DNA of 64,000 nucleotides from Escherichia coli (GTDB lineage Bacteria; Pseudomonadota; Gammaproteobacteria; Enterobacterales; Enterobacteriaceae): NCBI RefSeq assembly GCF_050920415.1, contig NZ_CP169309.1; one strand, 5' to 3'. Shown piece by piece: positions 55,424 to 64,000 of this stretch (position 1 is its first letter; each line of letters starts with the position of its first letter). The notes under the pieces were generated by a model. It saw only the letters and a program-made list of their open reading frames with translations, ran no database searches and was not told where the DNA came from. The position numbers and the translations under genes were made by a program.

Positions 55424-56644
55424 ATGAAACGTGCAGTGATTACTGGCCTGGGCATTGTTTCCAGCATCGGTAATAACCAGCAGGAAGTCCTGGCATCTCT
55501 GCGTGAAGGACGTTCAGGGATCACTTTCTCTCAGGAGCTGAAGGATTCCGGCATGCGTAGCCACGTCTGGGGCAACGTAAAACTGGATACCACTGGCCTC
55601 ATTGACCGCAAAGTTGTGCGCTTTATGAGCGACGCATCCATTTATGCATTCCTTTCTATGGAGCAGGCAATTGCAGATGCTGGCCTCTCCCCGGAAGCTT
55701 ATCAGAATAACCCGCGCGTTGGCCTGATTGCAGGTTCTGGCGGCGGTTCCCCTCGTTTCCAGGTGTTCGGCGCTGACGCTATGCGTAGCCCGCGCGGCCT
55801 GAAAGCGGTTGGCCCGTATGTGGTCACCAAAGCGATGGCATCTGGCGTTTCTGCCTGCCTCGCCACGCCGTTTAAAATTCACGGCGTTAACTACTCCATC
55901 AGCTCCGCGTGTGCGACTTCCGCACACTGTATCGGTAACGCAGTAGAGCAGATCCAACTGGGCAAACAGGACATCGTGTTTGCTGGCGGCGGCGAAGAGC
56001 TGTGCTGGGAAATGGCTTGCGAATTCGACGCGATGGGCGCGCTGTCTACTAAATACAACGACACCCCAGAAAAAGCCTCCCGTACTTACGACGCTCACCG
56101 CGACGGTTTCGTTATCGCTGGCGGCGGCGGTATGGTGGTGGTTGAAGAGCTGGAACACGCGCTGGCGCGTGGGGCTCACATCTATGCTGAAATCGTTGGT
56201 TACGGCGCAACGTCTGATGGTGCAGACATGGTTGCTCCGTCTGGCGAAGGCGCAGTTCGCTGCATGCAGATGGCGATGCACGGTGTTGATACGCCAATCG
56301 ACTACCTGAACTCTCACGGTACTTCAACTCCGGTTGGCGACGTGAAAGAGCTGGCGGCTATCCGTGAAGTATTCGGTGATAAGAGCCCGGCGATTTCTGC
56401 AACCAAAGCAATGACCGGTCACTCTCTGGGCGCTGCGGGTGTGCAGGAAGCTATCTACTCTCTGCTGATGCTGGAACACGGCTTTATCGCACCGAGCATC
56501 AACATTGAAGAGCTGGACGAGCAGGCTGCGGGTCTGAACATTGTGACCGAAACGACCGATCGCGAACTGACTACCGTTATGTCTAACAGCTTCGGCTTCG
56601 GTGGCACCAACGCCACGCTGGTAATGCGTAAGCTGAAAGATTAA
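55424..56644 (+). CDS. fabB: 3-oxoacyl-ACP synthase I
   Basis: 406 aa; active-site context SSACATS. Confidence 0.95.
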   Translation: MKRAVITGLGIVSSIGNNQQEVLASLREGRSGITFSQELKDSGMRSHVWGNVKLDTTGLIDRKVVRFMSDASIYAFLSMEQAIADAGLSPEAYQNNPRVGLIAGSGGGSPRFQVFGADAMRSPRGLKAVGPYVVTKAMASGVSACLATPFKIHGVNYSISSACATSAHCIGNAVEQIQLGKQDIVFAGGGEELCWEMACEFDAMGALSTKYNDTPEKASRTYDAHRDGFVIAGGGGMVVVEELEHALARGAHIYAEIVGYGATSDGADMVAPSGEGAVRCMQMAMHGVDTPIDYLNSHGTSTPVGDVKELAAIREVFGDKSPAISATKAMTGHSLGAAGVQEAIYSLLMLEHGFIAPSINIEELDEQAAGLNIVTETTDRELTTVMSNSFGFGGTNATLVMRKLKD

Positions 56645-56651
56645 TTCGGAG

Positions 56652-56686
56652 TAGGTCGGATAAGACGCGCCAGCGTCGCATCCGAC
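56652..56686. repeat. REP element downstream of fabB
   Basis: TAGGTCGGATAAGACGCGCCAGCGTCGCATCCGAC palindromic unit. Confidence 0.7.
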
Positions 56687-56722
56687 GATACGCGCCAATG
56701 CGGCATTCGACACTAACGCAAA

Positions 56723-56746
56723 AGGGAACCCGATGGTTCCCTTTTT
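56723..56746 (+). terminator. Rho-independent terminator after fabB
   Basis: GGGAACC-CGAT-GGTTCCC hairpin followed by TTTTT. Confidence 0.7.
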
Positions 56747-56907
56747 CACATCATTGACAATCGCCGCCTGTTCCAGGCAAACTTCCCGCTTTGTCGATTT
56801 CCTTCTGAAAAGACGTACGCGTTAAATCCTGCCAACGCGTACCGTAACCCTGAAACCAGAGAGATGAGACGGGGAAATTCCTCGCCTCGCGCTGCATTCT
56901 GGAGTAA

Positions 56908-59081
<2,174 letters not shown>

Positions 59082-59179
59082 TACGTATCCTTATACCTGA
59101 AATCATCGCAAGTATGCCTGGCCGCGAGATTATGGCACACTTGTCCGGTTAACTCTCGTCTCATACAGGTAACACAAAC

Positions 59180-60316
59180 GTGAAAATCCTTGTTGATGAA
59201 AATATGCCTTATGCCCGCGACTTATTTAGCCGTTTGGGTGAGGTGACTGCGGTTCCGGGGCGTCCAATCCCAGTAGCTCAACTGGCAGATGCGGATGCGC
59301 TGATGGTGCGTTCGGTCACGAAAGTGAATGAATCTTTGCTGGCAGGAAAACCCATTAAATTTGTTGGCACAGCCACAGCGGGAACCGACCATGTCGATGA
59401 AGCATGGTTAAAGCAGGCGGGAATTGGTTTTTCCGCAGCACCTGGCTGTAATGCGATTGCGGTGGTGGAATATGTTTTCTCCTCACTGCTGATGCTTGCT
59501 GAACGCGATGGATTTTCACTGCATGAGCGTACCGTGGGGATCGTGGGCGTTGGTAACGTTGGTCGGCGTTTACAGGCGCGACTGGAAGCGCTGGGGATCA
59601 AAACCTTGCTTTGCGATCCGCCGCGTGCCGATCGTGGGGATGAGGGCGATTTCCGTTCGTTGGATGAATTAGTCCAGCATGCGGATATCCTGACATTCCA
59701 TACGCCACTCTTTAAAGACGGACCTTACAAAACGCTGCATCTAGCGGACGAAAAACTGATTCGTAACCTGAAGCCGGGAGCGATCTTGATTAACGCCTGC
59801 CGTGGCGCAGTCGTTGATAATACTGCCCTGTTGACCTGTCTGAATGAAGGTCAGAAGTTAAGCGTAGTGCTGGATGTCTGGGAAGGCGAACCGGAACTCA
59901 ACGTGGAATTGCTGAAAAAAGTGGATATCGGCACGCCGCATATTGCGGGTTACACCCTCGAAGGTAAAGCCCGTGGCACTACGCAAGTATTTGAAGCGTA
60001 TAGCAAGTTTATTGGGCGTGAGCAACACGTTGCGCTTGATACGTTGCTACCCGCGCCAGAGTTTGGCCGTATTACACTGCATGGTCCGCTCGATCAACCG
60101 ACACTGAAAAGGCTGGTGCATTTGGTGTATGATGTGCGCCGCGATGACGCACCGCTGCGTAAAGTCGCCGGGATACCGGGTGAGTTCGATAAACTGCGCA
60201 AAAACTATCTTGAGCGCCGTGAATGGTCATCTCTGTATGTGATTTGTGATGACGCCAGTGCGGCATCATTGCTGTGTAAACTGGGTTTTAACGCCGTTCA
60301 TCATCCGGCACGTTAA
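59180..60316 (+). CDS. pdxB: Erythronate-4-phosphate dehydrogenase
   Basis: GTG start; 378 aa; NAD-binding GIVGVGNVG. Confidence 0.95.
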   Translation: MKILVDENMPYARDLFSRLGEVTAVPGRPIPVAQLADADALMVRSVTKVNESLLAGKPIKFVGTATAGTDHVDEAWLKQAGIGFSAAPGCNAIAVVEYVFSSLLMLAERDGFSLHERTVGIVGVGNVGRRLQARLEALGIKTLLCDPPRADRGDEGDFRSLDELVQHADILTFHTPLFKDGPYKTLHLADEKLIRNLKPGAILINACRGAVVDNTALLTCLNEGQKLSVVLDVWEGEPELNVELLKKVDIGTPHIAGYTLEGKARGTTQVFEAYSKFIGREQHVALDTLLPAPEFGRITLHGPLDQPTLKRLVHLVYDVRRDDAPLRKVAGIPGEFDKLRKNYLERREWSSLYVICDDASAASLLCKLGFNAVHHPAR

Positions 60317-60381
60317 TCTCTTCTTCATGCTCTCTGCTGTAACATTGGCAGAGAGCTTTGCTATTTCTGGAGTAAACCACC

Positions 60382-61395
60382 ATGTCTGAAGGCTGGAACA
60401 TTGCCGTCCTGGGCGCAACTGGCGCTGTGGGCGAAGCCCTGCTTGAAACGCTGGCTGAACGTCAGTTCCCGGTTGGGGAAATTTATGCACTGGCACGTAA
60501 CGAAAGCGCAGGCGAACAACTGCGCTTTGGTGGTAAGACAATCACCGTGCAGGATGCCGCTGAATTCGACTGGACGCAGGCGCAACTGGCGTTTTTTGTC
60601 GCAGGCAAAGAAGCTACCGCTGCCTGGGTTGAAGAAGCGACCAACTCAGGTTGCCTGGTGATCGACAGCAGCGGATTGTTTGCTCTCGAACCTGACGTAC
60701 CGCTGGTGGTGCCGGAAGTTAACCCGTTTGTACTGACCGATTACCGCAACCGAAATGTCATCGCCGTACCGGACAGCCTGACCAGCCAGCTGTTGGCAGC
60801 ACTGAAACCGTTAATCGATCAGGGCGGTTTGTCACGTATCAGCGTCACCAGCCTGATTTCTGCCTCCGCCCAGGGTAAAAAAGCGGTCGATGCGTTAGCA
60901 GGACAGAGCGCGAAACTGTTGAACGGTATTCCGATTGATGAAGAGGATTTCTTCGGTCGTCAGCTGGCGTTCAACATGCTGCCGTTACTGCCGGATAGCG
61001 AAGGTAGCGTGCGTGAAGAACGTCGTATCGTTGACGAAGTACGCAAAATTCTGCAAGACGAAGGGCTGATGATTTCGGCAAGTGTTGTTCAGGCACCGGT
61101 ATTTTACGGTCATGCCCAGATGGTCAACTTTGAAGCTCTGCGTCCGCTGGCGGCAGAAGAAGCGCGTGATGCGTTTGCCCAGGGCGAAGATATTGTGCTC
61201 TCTGAAGAGAACGAATTCCCGACGCAGGTGGGGGATGCTTCTGGTACGCCGCATCTTTCCGTTGGCTGTGTACGCAATGACTACGGTATGCCGGAGCAAG
61301 TCCAGTTCTGGTCAGTGGCCGATAACGTTCGCTTTGGCGGCGCGCTGATGGCAGTAAAAATCGCCGAGAAACTGGTGCAGGAGTATCTGTACTAA
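60382..61395 (+). CDS. usg: Aspartate-semialdehyde dehydrogenase paralogue Usg
   Basis: 337 aa; GATGAVG NAD motif. Confidence 0.9.
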   Translation: MSEGWNIAVLGATGAVGEALLETLAERQFPVGEIYALARNESAGEQLRFGGKTITVQDAAEFDWTQAQLAFFVAGKEATAAWVEEATNSGCLVIDSSGLFALEPDVPLVVPEVNPFVLTDYRNRNVIAVPDSLTSQLLAALKPLIDQGGLSRISVTSLISASAQGKKAVDALAGQSAKLLNGIPIDEEDFFGRQLAFNMLPLLPDSEGSVREERRIVDEVRKILQDEGLMISASVVQAPVFYGHAQMVNFEALRPLAAEEARDAFAQGEDIVLSEENEFPTQVGDASGTPHLSVGCVRNDYGMPEQVQFWSVADNVRFGGALMAVKIAEKLVQEYLY

Positions 61396-62207
61396 TGTCC
61401 GACCAGCAACAACCGCCAGTTTACAAAATTGCGCTGGGCATTGAGTACGACGGCAGTAAGTATTACGGCTGGCAACGGCAGAACGAAGTACGCAGTGTGC
61501 AGGAGAAACTGGAAAAGGCACTCTCTCAGGTGGCGAACGAACCGATCACCGTCTTTTGTGCCGGGCGTACCGACGCAGGCGTACACGGTACAGGGCAGGT
61601 TGTGCATTTCGAAACTACCGCACAGCGTAAAGACGCTGCGTGGACGTTGGGCGTAAATGCGAATTTACCTGGTGACATCGCCGTGCGTTGGGTTAAAGCT
61701 GTACCTGATGATTTTCATGCCCGATTTAGCGCCACGGCTCGCCGTTATCGCTACATCATCTACAATCATCGGCTGCGTCCGGCAGTGCTGAGTAAAGGGG
61801 TAACCCATTTTTACGAACCGCTGGACGCTGAACGGATGCATCGGGCCGCGCAATGCCTGCTGGGCGAGAATGATTTCACCTCGTTCCGTGCGGTGCAGTG
61901 CCAGTCCCGAACCCCGTGGCGCAACGTTATGCATATTAATGTCACGCGTCACGGTCCTTATGTGGTGGTAGATATCAAAGCAAATGCCTTTGTACATCAT
62001 ATGGTCAGGAATATTGTAGGCAGCCTGATGGAAGTCGGTGCCCACAACCAGCCGGAGAGCTGGATAGCAGAACTGCTGGCGGCAAAGGACAGAACGCTGG
62101 CGGCAGCAACGGCAAAAGCGGAAGGACTGTATCTGGTCGCGGTGGATTACCCTGACCGGTTTGATCTTCCAAAACCGCCAATGGGCCCGCTATTTCTGGC
62201 GGACTAA
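61395..62207 (+). CDS. truA: tRNA pseudouridine(38-40) synthase
   Basis: 270 aa; catalytic RTDAGVH motif. Confidence 0.95.
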   Translation: MSDQQQPPVYKIALGIEYDGSKYYGWQRQNEVRSVQEKLEKALSQVANEPITVFCAGRTDAGVHGTGQVVHFETTAQRKDAAWTLGVNANLPGDIAVRWVKAVPDDFHARFSATARRYRYIIYNHRLRPAVLSKGVTHFYEPLDAERMHRAAQCLLGENDFTSFRAVQCQSRTPWRNVMHINVTRHGPYVVVDIKANAFVHHMVRNIVGSLMEVGAHNQPESWIAELLAAKDRTLAAATAKAEGLYLVAVDYPDRFDLPKPPMGPLFLAD

Positions 62208-62289
62208 CGAGAATAATGCTCGGAACATTTCAGGCTGTAGCCAACGTAGTTACAGCCTGAAAGATGACGAGTACAAGGCATAGGCTAAT

Positions 62290-62949
62290 ATGGACCTGAT
62301 TTATTTCCTCATCGATTTTATCCTGCACATTGACGTGCATCTGGCAGAACTGGTCGCAGAGTATGGCGTCTGGGTTTATGCCATCCTGTTTTTGATTTTG
62401 TTCTGTGAAACCGGTCTGGTGGTAACGCCGTTCTTACCGGGAGATTCGCTGCTGTTTGTTGCAGGGGCACTGGCCTCGCTTGAAACCAACGATCTCAATG
62501 TTCATATGATGGTGGTACTGATGTTAATTGCCGCGATTGTTGGTGATGCGGTCAACTACACCATAGGACGGTTGTTCGGTGAGAAATTATTCAGTAATCC
62601 GAACTCGAAAATTTTTCGTCGTAGCTATCTCGACAAAACTCATCAGTTTTATGAAAAACACGGCGGCAAAACCATTATTCTCGCCCGTTTTGTGCCAATC
62701 GTCAGAACGTTTGCCCCCTTTGTCGCAGGGATGGGCCACATGTCGTACCGTCATTTCGCTGCCTATAACGTGATCGGCGCACTGTTGTGGGTACTGCTTT
62801 TTACCTACGCAGGCTATTTCTTCGGTACAATTCCGATGGTTCAGGATAACCTTAAGCTGCTGATCGTCGGGATTATTGTGGTTTCCATTTTGCCGGGCGT
62901 CATCGAAATTATCCGTCACAAACGCGCTGCGGCACGCGCCGCAAAATAA
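62290..62949 (+). CDS. dedA: DedA-family inner membrane protein
   Basis: 219 aa; synteny. Confidence 0.9.
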   Translation: MDLIYFLIDFILHIDVHLAELVAEYGVWVYAILFLILFCETGLVVTPFLPGDSLLFVAGALASLETNDLNVHMMVVLMLIAAIVGDAVNYTIGRLFGEKLFSNPNSKIFRRSYLDKTHQFYEKHGGKTIILARFVPIVRTFAPFVAGMGHMSYRHFAAYNVIGALLWVLLFTYAGYFFGTIPMVQDNLKLLIVGIIVVSILPGVIEIIRHKRAAARAAK

Positions 62950-63104
62950 AAAGTAACTCCGCGGTTCGACCACTTTTTTATCCAAAGTTTCGGGCTGTTA
63001 TGTTTTAATGTGCAACATTCATGGTCTGTTGGGGACAAAAATGGCATTATGCGTCCCCAAAGATAAAACTGGCATCGAACCAGGTTCAGACAGAAAGGTC
63101 CCTA

Positions 63105-64000
63105 ATGAGCTGGATTGAACGAATTAAAAGCAACATTACTCCCACCCGCAAGGCGAGCATTCCTGAAGGGGTGTGGACTAAGTGTGATAGCTGCGGTCAG
63201 GTTTTATACCGCGCTGAGCTGGAACGTAATCTTGAGGTCTGTCCGAAGTGTGACCATCACATGCGTATGACAGCGCGTAATCGCCTGCATAGCCTGTTAG
63301 ATGAAGGAAGCCTTGTGGAGCTGGGTAGCGAGCTTGAGCCGAAAGATGTGCTGAAGTTTCGTGACTCCAAGAAGTATAAAGACCGTCTGGCATCTGCGCA
63401 GAAAGAAACCGGCGAAAAAGATGCGCTGGTGGTGATGAAAGGCACCCTGTATGGAATGCCGGTTGTCGCTGCGGCATTCGAGTTCGCCTTTATGGGCGGT
63501 TCCATGGGGTCTGTGGTAGGTGCACGTTTCGTACGTGCCGTTGAGCAGGCGCTGGAAGATAACTGCCCGCTGATCTGCTTCTCCGCGTCTGGTGGCGCAC
63601 GTATGCAGGAAGCACTGATGTCGCTGATGCAGATGGCGAAAACCTCTGCGGCACTGGCAAAAATGCAGGAGCGCGGCTTGCCGTACATCTCCGTGCTGAC
63701 CGACCCGACCATGGGCGGTGTTTCTGCAAGTTTCGCCATGCTGGGCGATCTCAATATTGCTGAACCGAAAGCGTTAATCGGCTTTGCCGGTCCGCGTGTT
63801 ATCGAACAGACCGTTCGCGAAAAACTGCCGCCAGGATTCCAGCGCAGTGAATTCCTGATCGAGAAAGGCGCCATCGACATGATCGTCCGTCGTCCGGAAA
63901 TGCGCCTGAAACTGGCGAGCATTCTGGCGAAGTTGATGAATCTGCCAGCGCCGAATCCTGAAGCGCCGCGTGAAGGCGTAGTGGTGCCACCGGTACCGGA
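63105..64000 (+). CDS. accD: Acetyl-CoA carboxylase carboxyltransferase beta subunit, 3' end outside window
   Basis: [54 protein letters not shown] zinc-finger N-terminus; runs to window end. Confidence 0.9.

Noticed and set aside
55514-56317. 267-aa minus-strand ORF
   Set aside because: Antisense within fabB, a highly conserved core gene; GC-rich shadow frame.

Overview
This window is E. coli chromosome in two parts. Positions 1 to about 30525 are the right-hand portion of a lambdoid prophage integrated at tRNA-Arg (argW); the prophage continues upstream of the window. Positions 30526-64000 are the conserved core segment yfdC-mlaA-yfdF-fadL-yfcZ-fadIJ-sixA-yfc fimbrial operon-smrB-prmB-aroC-mepA-yfcA-epmC-yfcL-mnmC-fabB-yfcJ-flk-pdxB-usg-truA-dedA-accD, in reverse orientation relative to K-12. 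The prophage is a mosaic: a lambda-type nin/Q/pR'/S-R-Rz module joined to a P22/Sf6-type packaging, head and ejection-protein module, an immI-like region (mnt, arc, ant), a tailspike and an IntS-like integrase next to argW. All protein identifications are from reading the supplied translations against remembered family sequences; no database search was run. The prophage carries several lesions: an IS2 insertion with 5-bp target duplication splitting the antirepressor gene, single-nucleotide frameshifts in rusA and in the tailspike, and an in-frame TGA in a small ClpX-type zinc-finger gene. The best candidate for undescribed biology is the uncharacterised cassette at 22750-24300 between the ejection gene and the immI repressors (membrane protein, HExxH putative metallopeptidase, small Gly/Lys-rich protein, extra RHH regulator), followed by the small-ORF moron region between Rz and the terminase. 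No CRISPR array, retron, or recognisable restriction-modification or toxin-antitoxin pair was seen.
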